A stretch of 64,000 bases of DNA, taken from NCBI GenBank assembly GCA_024234995.1, contig JACKNF010000001.1, positions 353,622 to 417,621 of the forward strand, in the 5' to 3' direction. The notes beneath the pieces are model-generated. The model was not told the DNA's origin. It made no database searches and worked only from the letters and a program-made list of their open reading frames with translations. This document shows positions 42,311 to 53,348 of this stretch, piece after piece. The number at the start of each line of letters is the position of its first letter. The stretch's first letter is position 1. The DNA is from Gammaproteobacteria bacterium. GTDB lineage: Bacteria > Pseudomonadota > Gammaproteobacteria > Competibacterales > Competibacteraceae. The translations under genes were made by a program, and so were the position numbers.

Positions 42311-44312
42311 ATGTCAATCGAGTCTAAGCAACGATCAGCGGGCAACACACCTGCTGGGGTACCGGCTTATTCACCAATGCATGTTCGCCTGGGGCTGGCT
42401 GCCCGATTATCGTTAACGCTGGTGGGTGCTGTAGCGCTGGTGTTTGTCACAGCATTCTATTATGACTACCAGAAGTCCCATCAGCATATGCTGGACAGTG
42501 TTAACGCGGTTATCGCTGGTTTAAGTGGCGCGATCATTGGCAACGTGCAAGGTATTTTAGCCGATGTCATGGAAGTTGCTTCCAAACTGACACAATCCCT
42601 TGAACAGGGAGCGGATATTGAAGCATTACGCGCAGTGGCTACAGACGCCGTTATGGATAGCTCCTATTGCAATGCGGTAACGATAGTATTGGATTCCAGG
42701 AGTAGCGCCACCCTTTGCAATCCCAAGCACAAATGCTGAACTGCCGCCACAGTCATTCTAAAGTGGATTGTGATTTGACCGGGGTTTCAGCGCATCTGGA
42801 ACCGATGATTCAAGATTCTTTCTCGAAGCCGTTGAAGCAGGGATTTGGAGCGAACCCTTCCTGAACCCTGATGCGGGTATGCAGTTCCGCCTATACATTA
42901 CCCGTTTATGGTATGCAAAATGGGGTTCAGGTAGCCGCTGGTACAGTGAGTGCGGAACTTTCTTTAAGCAGTTTGATGAGCGCCATCGAACGGTTGCGGG
43001 TTTTTCAAACCGGGTATGTGTTTATCCTGTCCGGTGATGGCCGGTATCTAGCCCACCTGGATCCGCAGCGGGTTCTGTCCGAAACCATTTTTGATGTGGC
43101 GCGCTTTCAGAAGAATCCAAACTTGTTCGATATCGGCCAGCGGATGATCCGGGGTGAAACTGGCTTTGCAGCGCTGTGGAGTCCCTACTTGCATAAGCCC
43201 GCCCGTATTTACTTTACCCTTTGCCTGGAACCAATTGGTCGATTGGCGTCGTATTTGGTGAAGAAGAGTTGTTCGCAAATTTGGAAACGCTCGCGGGTGA
43301 GGTCTATCTCATTGGCGGTATTGGGTTGCTGCTCTTGCTGGCGCTGGTCATACTGATTGTGCGCCGGTTTACCCGGCCCTTGCTGGCCCTCACCGAGAAA
43401 AGTGTGGCGATTGCTGGCGGCGACCTGGACGTCGCAATTCCCGCACCTCGCGCCTTCGACGAAGTCGGTGTGCTAACCCAGTCCTTTTTGAAATGCGTCA
43501 GGCGTTGCGCCAGCAGCGGTTGATACCCTGGCTGAAGCGCGTGCGGCACAGGCGCGGATTGATAATGAGCTGAAGATTGCCCGTGGCATACAAGACAGCT
43601 TTCTGCCACGCAATCCGGCTGAGTTGGCCGCTCAAGGCGGCTTGGAGGTCGCAACGTGGTTTCAACCGGCCCGCGAAGTGGGTGGCGACTTGTTTCAATG
43701 CTTCTGGCTGGTGGATGGGCGGCTGTTTCTAGGCATTGGCGATGTGGCGGGCAAGAGTGTTCCAGCAGCACTGATGATGGCGGTCACCACGACGCTGGTG
43801 AAGGCAATGGCTGCAACGACCCCCGATCCCGCGGGTGTATTGGAGCAGGTCAATCGCGAGTTGTGTGTCCTGAACGAACGGTTGTTGTTCGTGACTTTTT
43901 CGCTGCGGCATTGCATCCGGAAACAGGGAAGTTGACTTTTGGTAACGCCGGACACAATCCACCGTTGATCCGCCATGCCGATGGCAGCGCTGAATTCATG
44001 GATATTGCAGCCGGGCTGGTTCTGGGTGTCGAGCCAAACTGGACTTACACGCCAGTGGCGCTGTGTTTGGCACCGGGAGATATTCTGCTGCTGTACACCG
44101 ATGGGGTTACTGAAGCTATGAATGCCGCTGGTGAATGCTTCGATCCCCGGCGGTTGCTGGAAGTCAGTCGTGAACCTGAGATTGCCAGCCCGCATCAGTT
44201 GATCGAGAGGGTCATTGCTGCGGTAACTGCGCATGCCGGTTTGGCCGAGCAAAGCGACGATCTGACTTTGCTGGCAGTGGCGCACCCGGCGCTGCTGCTA
44301 AATCAACGGTGA
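42311..44312 (+). pseudogene. Membrane sensor (periplasmic domain plus HAMP) fused to a PP2C/SpoIIE serine phosphatase, RsbU-like, in 5 or more frames
   Basis: It has a TM plus periplasmic region; a HAMP segment (LIGGIGLLLLLALVILIVRRFTRPL); and PP2C blocks (GGDLF; GDVAGKSVPAALMMAVT; FGNAGHNPPL; LLLYTDGVTEA). Confidence 0.7.
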
Positions 44313-44325
44313 GGTCGCCAACGCC

Positions 44326-44775
44326 ATGATGTCTGAAAATTCCAATATAAAAATCACGCGTCTGTGTTTGCTTACTGAACTGGATCATCTATCAGTATTC
44401 CTTGATCATATCCGTGAAATTGCTCAGACCGCCGGGTTGGCTGAAGCGCAAATTTCCCGGTTAGAACTGGCGATGGAAGAAGCGCTGGTCAATGTTTTTA
44501 ACTATGCCTATGAAGGGCGGACGCACGCTTACACCGTATTCTGCCAAGTCACCATTCAAGCTGGCGGTCTGACGGTGGATATCGTGGATGACGGTCCGCC
44601 TTTCGATCCATTGGCCCGCACTGATCCTGATACAAGCTTGGAACTGGATGAGCGTCAGCCAGGCGGACTGGGCATCCTGCTGATCAAGAGCCTGATAGAT
44701 GAGGTAAGCTACCACCGTGAGGATGGGCGAAACGTGCTTTCGCTTCGAATTACCCAGGCCGTGCATGAAGGATAA
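44326..44775 (+). CDS. Anti-sigma regulatory factor (Ser/Thr kinase, HATPase_c_2; RsbW/RsbT-like)
   Basis: The N-box EEALVNVFNYAY and G-box DDGPPFDP...GGLGILLIK are present. It begins 14 nt after the phosphatase gene. The frame is intact. Confidence 0.7.
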   Translation: MMSENSNIKITRLCLLTELDHLSVFLDHIREIAQTAGLAEAQISRLELAMEEALVNVFNYAYEGRTHAYTVFCQVTIQAGGLTVDIVDDGPPFDPLARTDPDTSLELDERQPGGLGILLIKSLIDEVSYHREDGRNVLSLRITQAVHEG

Positions 44776-44908
44776 AAAATCTAATCAATCCGCCTTAATC
44801 CGTTCCTAGCCGGATTCTCCATTCTTGGCGCGCAACTTCAGTCACTGACTCCAAGTTCCCCCAGCGTCAGCATTCGCCAATGCCAGTCGATAGGGGCCGC
44901 TAACGCGC

Positions 44909-45544
44909 TTACCACCCCGGCTCCAGAGGCAGATTTTGTACACTCCATTCCTGGCCAGCGGCATCCTGCAGGCTAATCCGCTTGTCCGCCTGTTCATCCT
45001 CCTGGAAACCAGCATCCAACTTGTTCAGGCCATGGGCTAATCCGTCTCCTAGCGCTTTAGCAACGGCCTCCTTGCGAGTCCAGCAGGCAAAAAACTTTCG
45101 CGGCGGGCTTGTTCTGCAGGCAATGTTTGAAAGAAGGCCCATTCGCGTGGAGTGCAGATGCGTTCAGCAACCGCCATGTAATCCAGCCGGCGATTCATCG
45201 CCTCTAAATCCACGCCAACTTCATGGTAGGCGATCGCATATAGCACCCGGCCGCTGCTATGGGAAAGATTGAAGTGCAAGCCTTCGCTATGTTCATCTGC
45301 CAGCACCGGTTTACCGCGCGGACCCTGGCTGAAACGCAACGCCGCTGCCATCCGGTTGAGATAGGCTCCCAGCAATTCCCGTAACAAGCCTTCGCCCGGC
45401 GATGAAACGATCCCGGTGTCCGGGAAAACGAAATCGTGCGGCCCGTTCCCGTTCATCCACGGTCAGCGTTGCCGCCAGCCTCGCTAATCGTTCCGGTGAC
45501 GGCTGCAAGTTTGCTAGCCAGAGATGGATTTCATTAGCGGCCAA
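44909..45544 (-). pseudogene. 4'-phosphopantetheinyl transferase (Sfp/EntD family) in 3 frames
   Basis: The pieces IHLW...L...ERARA.RF......RF..GR.L; GKP.L......LHFNLSHS...V..A....VGVDLE; and F..CWTRKEAV.KALG.GL match the family. Confidence 0.65.
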
Positions 45545-45592
45545 GACGGAGTTTGCTCTAGCATTGAATGGTGATCATCGATGAACAGCGTG

Positions 45593-46561
45593 CTAACTCC
45601 GTGTTTCCCATTGCCAGGCATGTGCAATGATGGTTGCCAGATCGGCATAGCGTGGCTTCCAGCCCAGTTCCACGCGCACCCGTTGGCTATCGGCTACCAA
45701 GCGTGCTGGATCACCAGGTAAAAGCGTTCGCCATATTGGACCGGGATGCCGCGCCCCGTGACGGTGCGGGCGGTCTCGATGACCTCCCGACCGAGAAGCC
45801 GTTGCCATTTCCCAGGTTATAAGCCGAGCTGCCTCCGCCATCCCACAGTCGTTGTAAGGCCAGCAAATGCACTTCGCACAGGTCATTAACGTGGATATAG
45901 TCGCGGATGCAAGTACCATCCGGGGTGTCGTAGTCATTACCAAACACGGTGATGTGTGACCGGCGGCCATTAGCGGCCTGTAAGACCAGTGGGATAAGGT
46001 GTGTTTCCGGGTTATGGCGCTCACCTAGCTCACCTTCTGGATCAGCCCCGGCAGCGTTGAAGTAACGAAGGCAGATTGATTTCAGGCCATGCCGTATCGT
46101 AATCCTCCAGCATTTGCTCGACCATCCATTTGCCACGGCCGTAGGGGTTGATAGGTTGCTTGGGATGGCCTCTCGCTGATCGGTATCCGCACCGGTTCGC
46201 CGAAAATAGCCGCGGTGGATGAGAAGATGAAATAGGGCACTCGCTGCGCCACCATCACGTCTAGCAGATTTTGGGTTTTGAATACGTTATTGCGGTAATA
46301 CTTGGCTGGTTCCCGTACTGATTCGCCTACCTGGATATAGGAAGCGAAGTGCATGACCCCGTCGAAACGGGTTTTCCGGCATAGATCTTCTAGGATGTCG
46401 CGTTCAAACAGGTCGCCCAATACAAACCGCGCTTCCCGCACCGAATCCTGATGTCCGGTGGATAGGTTGTCCAGCACCGTCACCTCAAACCCGCGTTGAA
46501 CCAGCAGCTTTACCATGTAGGAACCGATATAGCCCGCTCCACCGACGACAAGCACATGCAT
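45593..46561 (-). pseudogene. galE: UDP-glucose 4-epimerase GalE in 3 or more frames
   Basis: The blocks MHVLVVGGAGYIGSH; YRNNV..T..LL; [23 protein letters not shown]; and DPA.LVADS.R...ELGW.P are present. Confidence 0.85.
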
Positions 46562-47141
46562 CGTCCTTCCCTCGCTTTTCAGTACACCCTGTTTGAATGG
46601 CTTTGATTGGGTAAGCATAGACCACGCACTGCTTACTGGACTCGAAAGTCTGATGTTATTATCAGTGATATAGTATCAAAAGATATGCAAATGGCTTTCA
46701 AGATGAAACACATCCTTCAGGATACATGATGGGGAGCAGGTATCGGCGATTTTGGAGTTGTTGCAGGAAGAGGAGACACGCTCGAATGGGCTAGATTTTC
46801 GGGTGTTGTGCCGGTATCAGGGTCGGAGGTGGAGACGACCGGTTGAGCGAAACACAGTTTCGATAGCCGGGCTAAGTCTATCTAGTTTTTCATGTGATAA
46901 TTCAATTCCTTAACCGGAACCAGAGAGGGATTAGTCATGCCATTGTTCGTAAAGTCGCGCTGATTAATTAACTGTGTTGCAGGCAATGGTTGATCTAACT
47001 GAGTTTCTTTTTTCTCAGGGGCTAAGGCTGCTTGAATAGGAGCTTTCTGGGGCATTTGCAGGGTCACCGGAAACCGCCAGATCGTCGCTGGTTCGCGTAC
47101 ATAGGCAAGAGTCTCGGCTTATTGTTGATAAATTAGGTGAT

Positions 47142-47267
47142 TCACCTAGCGTCGACGATGAATAAAAGTTGAGACTTCTGCGGCAAGGGAATCCAGTAGG
47201 AAACCGCAGCCAGCGCCATGGCTAGCACCAGAATGATAATCTGTTTGCGGTGGATTTGCGTGTTCAT
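47142..47267 (-). CDS. Hypothetical 41-aa membrane peptide
   Basis: ATG-initiated ORF MNTQIHRKQIIILVLAMALAAVSYWIPLPQKSQLLFIVDAR inside a 1.26-kb AT-rich region with few ORFs. Confidence 0.15.
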   Translation of the reverse strand: MNTQIHRKQIIILVLAMALAAVSYWIPLPQKSQLLFIVDAR

Positions 47268-47882
47268 CAAAACCAGCTCCAGTGGCTCAATCCTAAATAG
47301 TTCAATTCTAAAATGACTTGTTGCGTATTTGATCTGTTAAAGAGCAGAAATCGTACCTGATTTATGGGTTGCCTTAATATTATTTTTTAACTGTATGATT
47401 TTAAATCATATAAATATATGGCTATCTATAGCCAGGGGCCATTTTGGTCATCAATCTCTACGTAACAGATGACGGCTGAAAACAGCTTGACTGACAACCT
47501 TTACCAAAAGCGACAGAATCGGATCTTAAAATAGGCCAATTTGGCCCGATATAGAAATTTCCAGGGCTTGGCGTCCAAATTTGCTATGATGATAATGGCT
47601 TAGCATGTATAAGGAAATCATGCGGTAATTAGATATTTATTTATATAAAATAAATAGTTGCTTACACTATAATTATGACTAAGGCAAAATCCTAACTTAG
47701 AAGTTCAACGTAAACATTCAATCCCTTCGCCCCTACTAAGGGAGAGAGGACGAGAGTAAATGGTAAATCCTTGAAACGGTTGCCATCATCTTCCAGCCCA
47801 TCGCCCGCAAGCAGGCGATGGGTGTGAACGGTTACAGTTCAACTTTATCCTGTTCCCTGCCAACTTGGGACCTGCCCTGCCA

Positions 47883-49850
47883 TGCAGTCCGAATTCGTCA
47901 ATGCACTATTCGCTTGGGTAGCCGCTCACCCAGGTTGGATGAGTACTGTCATTTTTATCACCGCCATGGCGGAATCGCTGACCATTGTCGGCGTTATTAT
48001 TCCCGGCGCTTTGGTGATGTTCAGCCTGGGGCGTTGATCGGTCTTGGTCACTTGGAATTTTTGGACGGCCTATTGGTGGTCGACCTGGGGCGCTATTGCT
48101 TACGATGCCATCAGCTTCTGGATCGGCCGGGTGTTTCATCAAGGCATCCGGCAAATCTGGCCGTTTACCAAGCACCCTGAAATGATCATCCGCAGCGAGG
48201 AATTTTTCCGTAAACACGGCGGTAAGGGGTGTTATTAGGCCGGTTTTTCGGTCAGTACGCGGCACGATCCCTACCGTGGCTAAGCATGATGGACATGACG
48301 TGGCGCCGCTTCATGATCGCAAATGTCATTTCGGCAATTCTGTGGGCGCCAAACATCTGATTCCTGGCATGGCTTTCGGTGCATCGCTGGACATCGCCTC
48401 CCGCGTAGCTGGGCGGTTAGTGGTGTTAATTTTGATCATCGCTGCGCTGTTATGGCTCACCACCTGGTTGGTAACTCACGGTGTGCGATTGTTCCAAGCC
48501 CACGCGACCGATTGGTTACAACGATTCACTGTATGGAGTCGAGGCTTATGGCGTTTTATTGGCCCGATCAGCGCTTCGCTGCTTGATCCTCGTGAGGGTG
48601 AATTACGCGGGTTGGCGACTCTGGCAATCTTGCTGCTGGGGGCTGGTCTATTGAGTCTGAGCTCTGAGCGCTGCTTACTTAAGCAATTACCGAGCGGCCT
48701 GGATCAAAGTCTCTATCACTTTTTTCAGGAGTTGCGCACCCCTTGGGGCCGATGCCCTGATGGTGTTCACCACCGAGCTGGGCGACTACCATGTGACCCT
48801 CCCGGTGAGTCTGGTGGTATTCATCTGGCTGATTTGGCGGCACAACCACTCAGCCGCTTGGCACTGGCTGGCGGCGCTAGGCTTTGCATGGCCACTAACC
48901 TGCTGTTCCGCGGGCTGTTACCGGTGTCCAGTCCGGTTGAAGCGGCGCAAGGGGGTGCAAGGTTATTCATTTCCCTCCAGCCATGCCACATTCAGCACCT
49001 TGGTCTTCGGTTTCTTGGCGGTGCTGGTTGCCCGGGAAATCCCATTGGCCCGCCGCTGGTTTGTTTATCTGGCAGCAGCGTTCCTGATCGTGCCGATTGC
49101 GTTTGCCCGGCTGTATTTGGGTATCCATTGGCTGACAGACACCCTGGCGGGTTTGTGCCTGGGATTGATCTGGGTAACGGTGCTCGGCATCGCCTACAAT
49201 CGCCATCCTAAGGCGGCGCTTCAGTGGCGTGGATTGTTAGCCTACAGTGTGATTGCGCTGCTGGCGACCGATCTGTTGCACGTCAGTCTCGACTATCAAG
49301 CCGATCTGCGGCGCTATCAACCGCAAACCGTGCTGCATACCCAGACGCGGGACCAGTGGTGGCAAAAAGGCTGGCGGGAGCTTCCCCAGCAGCGGGCTGG
49401 ATTTTCAGGGCCATCACCGGCAAGATTTGGTCTTGCAATGGGCGGGAACACGCGAACAACTGGAGCAGCGTTTATGGGAAGCAGGCTGGCAATTGGCGCC
49501 GAAGGCGAGTTTAAGAGCATGCTGCTTTGTTGAGTCCTCAGGCCGACCTGCGTGAATTGCCGGTGCTGCCGCAACTCCACAAGGGCCGTGAGGACGAATT
49601 AACCATGGTGTATTACAGTGATGATCCTAAGACTCGCTGGTTGCTGCGGTTTTGGGATGCCGGTGAGCGCTTGCGGGAAGGTGGTCTGCCGGTCTGGGTC
49701 GGCAGCATCAGTCAGCAGAAACGCGAACCCCGGATGAGTCTATTCACCTTAGCCGTGGACAATCCGCTATCCCCTGTCCGAATCGATTTGCTGGCCTCCG
49801 CTTGGCGGGGGTTTGCAGGTTCGGCAGGTCACAGGCTCCAATTCCAATGA
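47883..49850 (+). pseudogene. DedA-family / PAP2 phosphatase / LssY-C-like fusion membrane protein in 5 or more frames
   Basis: DedA blocks (IIPGALVMFSLG; FWIGR.F....R) are followed by a PAP2 domain (SFPSSHATFS...RLYLGIHWLTD) and a C-terminal domain in further frames. Confidence 0.65.
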
Positions 49851-49887
49851 ACGGATCACCTTGATTGCCGACTGAGAGGGTTGATTA

Positions 49888-50433
49888 ATGTTAATGAGAG
49901 TTGAAACCTCTTGCCTGCTGGCGGTGGATTTCCAGGAACGGCTGATGCCTGCTATCCACGATGCTGATTGCCTTGTAGCCAATGGCGCTTGGTTGATCCA
50001 GATTGCCCAGCGGCTGAAGGTGCCAGTGCTGGCCTCGGAACAATACCCGAAAGGATTGGGCCATACAGTGGCGGCAATTCGTGATTTGCTGCCTGCGGAG
50101 GCATTTATGGAGAAAATGCATTTCTCCTGCGCTGCTGAGCGGGATTGCATGCGGCGCATCGATGCGCTTGGCTGTCAACAGATTATCGTCATGGGCGCCG
50201 AAGCCCATGTCTGTGTGTTGCAAACCGCGCTGGATTTGCGGGCGGTAAGCGGCGATATCTATCTGGTCGCCGACGCGGTTTCATCGCGGTCGCCGCGTGA
50301 TGTGGAGCTAGCGCTGGAACGGATGCGCGCCGAGGGGGTGCGCGTGGTGAGCCGCGAAATGGCCGCCTTCGAGTGGCTGCATCAGTCCGGCACTGATCAA
50401 TTTCGCGAGATTAGCCGTGAATTTCTCCGTTAA
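49888..50433 (+). CDS. Isochorismatase-family hydrolase
   Basis: The blocks LLAVDFQ and IIVMGAEAHVCVLQTALDL match the family. The frame is intact. Confidence 0.8.
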   Translation: MLMRVETSCLLAVDFQERLMPAIHDADCLVANGAWLIQIAQRLKVPVLASEQYPKGLGHTVAAIRDLLPAEAFMEKMHFSCAAERDCMRRIDALGCQQIIVMGAEAHVCVLQTALDLRAVSGDIYLVADAVSSRSPRDVELALERMRAEGVRVVSREMAAFEWLHQSGTDQFREISREFLR

Positions 50434-50487
50434 TTTTAGCCGGTAAGGTCAATTTTCCGATTCGTATCTGCATAGGTAACATGCTTC

Positions 50488-51754
50488 ATGGCTCATGCTT
50501 CTTCTCTCGCTCCCGCGCCGTCCCTGTATCGCCGTTCGCGTCGGTCAAGTAACGGTCGGTGGTAACGCGCCCATTGTGGTCAGTCGATGACCAATACCGA
50601 TACCGCTGATGCGAAGGCGACAGCCAGCCAAGTGGCCCGAATTAGCCCAGGCCGGTTCGGAACTCGTGCATCACCGTTAACACCGAGGAAGCCGCCGCCG
50701 CCGTGCCGGTCATCTGTGAACGGCTGGCGGCGCAAGGCGTGACCGTTCCACTCATTGGCGATTTCCACTTCAATGGCCATAAATTGCTGCGCAAATATCC
50801 CGCTTGTGCCGGGATGCTAGACAAATACCGCATCAACCCCGGCAATGTCGGGCGCGGCAGGAAGAAAGATGAACAGTTCGCCACGATCGTCGACATCGCC
50901 TGCCGTTATGATAAGCCGGTGCGGATTGGAGTGAACTGGGGCAGTCTGGATCAGGAACTGGCGGTCCGGTTGATGGATGACAACGCGCGGTTACCGGTAC
51001 CGGCGCTAAGCAGGCCAGAGTGATGCATGAGGCGATGATCCTTTCAGCGCTGGAAAGCGCCCGGCGGGCTGAAGACATTGGCTTGGCGCATGACAAGATC
51101 ATCTTGTCGGTGAAGATGAGCGGGGTGCAGGATTTGATCGCGGTCTATCGCAAGCTGGCAGTGCGTTGCGATTACCCGCTGCATCTTGGGTTGACCGAAG
51201 CTGGCATGGGCAGCAAGGGCATCGTGGCTTCTACCGCTGCGCTGGCGGTGTTGTTGCAAGAGGGCATTGGCGACACCATTCGCATTTCGCTGACACCGGA
51301 ACCGGGCGGTGACCGCCGCCAGGAGGTCATCGTCGCCCAGGAAATCCTGCAAGCAATGGGTCTGCGTTCTTTCACGCCCCAGGTAACAGCCTGTCCCGGT
51401 TGCGGGCGTACGAGCAGCGACTATTTTCAGCGCCTGGCTCAAGACATTCAGCATTATCTCCGTCAACAGATGCCGGTGTGGCGCGAGCGTTATCCGGGGA
51501 GTCGAAGCGTTGAAAGTGGCGGTGATGGGCTGCGTGGTCAATGGTCCTGGCGAGAGCAAGCAGGCGCGCATATTGGCATTAGCCTGCCCGGCACCGGTGA
51601 AATTCCAGTGGCGCCGGTTTATGTCGATGGCGAGAAGACAGTAACCCTGAAAGGCGAAAGCATCGCCGCTGAGTTCCAGCAGATCGTAGCGGATTATGTG
51701 GTCCGGCGTTACACACCTCATCTTAGCAACTCCTCGCAAGAGATCAGGGAGTGA
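50488..51754 (+). pseudogene. ispG: 4-hydroxy-3-methylbut-2-enyl-diphosphate synthase IspG/GcpE; first about 530 nt carry about 6 frameshifts and the last 730 nt are intact
   Basis: The N-terminal blocks VGGNAPIVVQSMTNTDT / ELV.RITVNT / IGDFHFN / RINPGNVG lie in alternating frames. Downstream, [20 protein letters not shown] and ACPGCGRT are in one frame. Confidence 0.85.
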
Positions 51755-51779
51755 TGCTGATTTTGCTATAAGTTCCCCT

Positions 51780-53307
51780 ATGACCGGTTTGGCCCCCCTC
51801 TCCGCAAATCTCCCCAAGGTAGAAGATCACCTGCAACACATCGTCAAGCTGCTGGAAAAGCATCGGTTGATCGAAACGATGGTCGATCGCGACCGGGTCA
51901 GTCCCCGCCATGAGCTGATCGAGTCACTGATACATCGTCAGCACTTAGTTGAATTGCAACTCAAATTGCGCAGCCTGCACCCGGCTGATATTGCCTTCAT
52001 TCTTGAGGCATTGCCGCTGAATGACCGGCTGATGGTCTGGCGGCAGATGCAGGATGAGCAAGGGGTGAGGTATTACTTGAAGTTTCGGATGCGGTGCGGG
52101 ATTCGCTGATCGAGGTATTGATCGGCCAACCCTGGTTCGGGTATTGAGTCAGCTTGATGCTGATGATTTGACCGAACTGGCTGATGTGGTTAGCGAAGAT
52201 GTTCTGACGGACGTCTTGCTGTCGTTGAATGCCCGTGACCGCGACTGGTTGCAGACCACCATGGCCTACGCCGATGACCGGGTAGGCCATCTGATGAGTC
52301 AGGATGTCCTCACGGTGCGCGAGAGTCAGCGGGTTGAGCAGGTATTGTGGCTACTGCGCGGCCGGGACGATTTGCCAACCAACACAGACTGCCTGTTTGT
52401 CGTGGACGCCCGCCATTTGCTCAAGGGTGTGTTGCCGTTGCGAGCACTGCTGCTTAATGATCCACAGACGCCGTTAACGCAGCTGATATTGACTGATCCA
52501 GTGGTCTTCAACGCGATTGACAGCGCTGATGATGCAGCCCGGGCCTTTGAACGTTACGATCTGGTATCAGCGCCAGTGGTCAACGAGCGGGGCAAGCTGG
52601 TAGGCTTACTGACAGTGGATGAAGTGATGGACTATATCCGCGAAGAATCGGAAGAAGATGTGCTGAATATGGCCACCTGCGCGGCGATGAAGATTTGTTC
52701 GCGCCGATCTGGGACAGCGCCCGTAACCGCTGGTTGTGGCTGTCGGTCAATCTCTGTACCGCATTCATCGCCTCGCGGGCGATTGGTCTATTTGAAGGTA
52801 CGATTTCGCAACTCGTTGCCTTGGCTACGCTGATGCCAATTGTTGCGGGGATTGGCGGCAATTCCGGTAATCAAACCACCGCCCTGGTGGTCCCGCGGCC
52901 TGGCGTTAGGTGAAATCACCCCGGCGAACACCTGGCACTTGGTCTTCAAGGAATTGGGAGTCGGGCTGCTCAACGGCATGGTTTGGGGAGCGACCGTGGG
53001 ACTGTTCACCTGCCTGTTATACTGGAGCCTGCCATTGGGAGGGGTCATGGCGGCGGCGATGCTGCTAAACCTGCTGCTGGCGGCACTGATGGGCGTCGCC
53101 ATCCCATTGGTTCTGCACCGCCTGGGCCGTGATCCGGCGCTGGGTTCGAGCGTGTTGCTGACCTTCATCACCGACGGTATGGGGTTTTCATCTTTCTGGG
53201 GCTGGCGACGGTGTTTTTGCTGTAAGCCTTGGCGGTTAATAAGGAGTCCTGCGACGGATTGGCGGCAGACCACCTACAATCATATCGGTTTCATCGATAG
53301 ATTCTAA
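51780..53307 (+). pseudogene. mgtE: Magnesium transporter MgtE in 4 or more frames
   Basis: An N-domain (LHPADIAFILEALP), CBS pair, and TM domain (LATLMPIVAGIGGNSGNQTT...; FITDGMGF) are spread over three frames. Confidence 0.8.
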
Positions 53308-53348
53308 AATGATGGCTGCTATTACCCCTACCAACGCGAGGTTATGCA

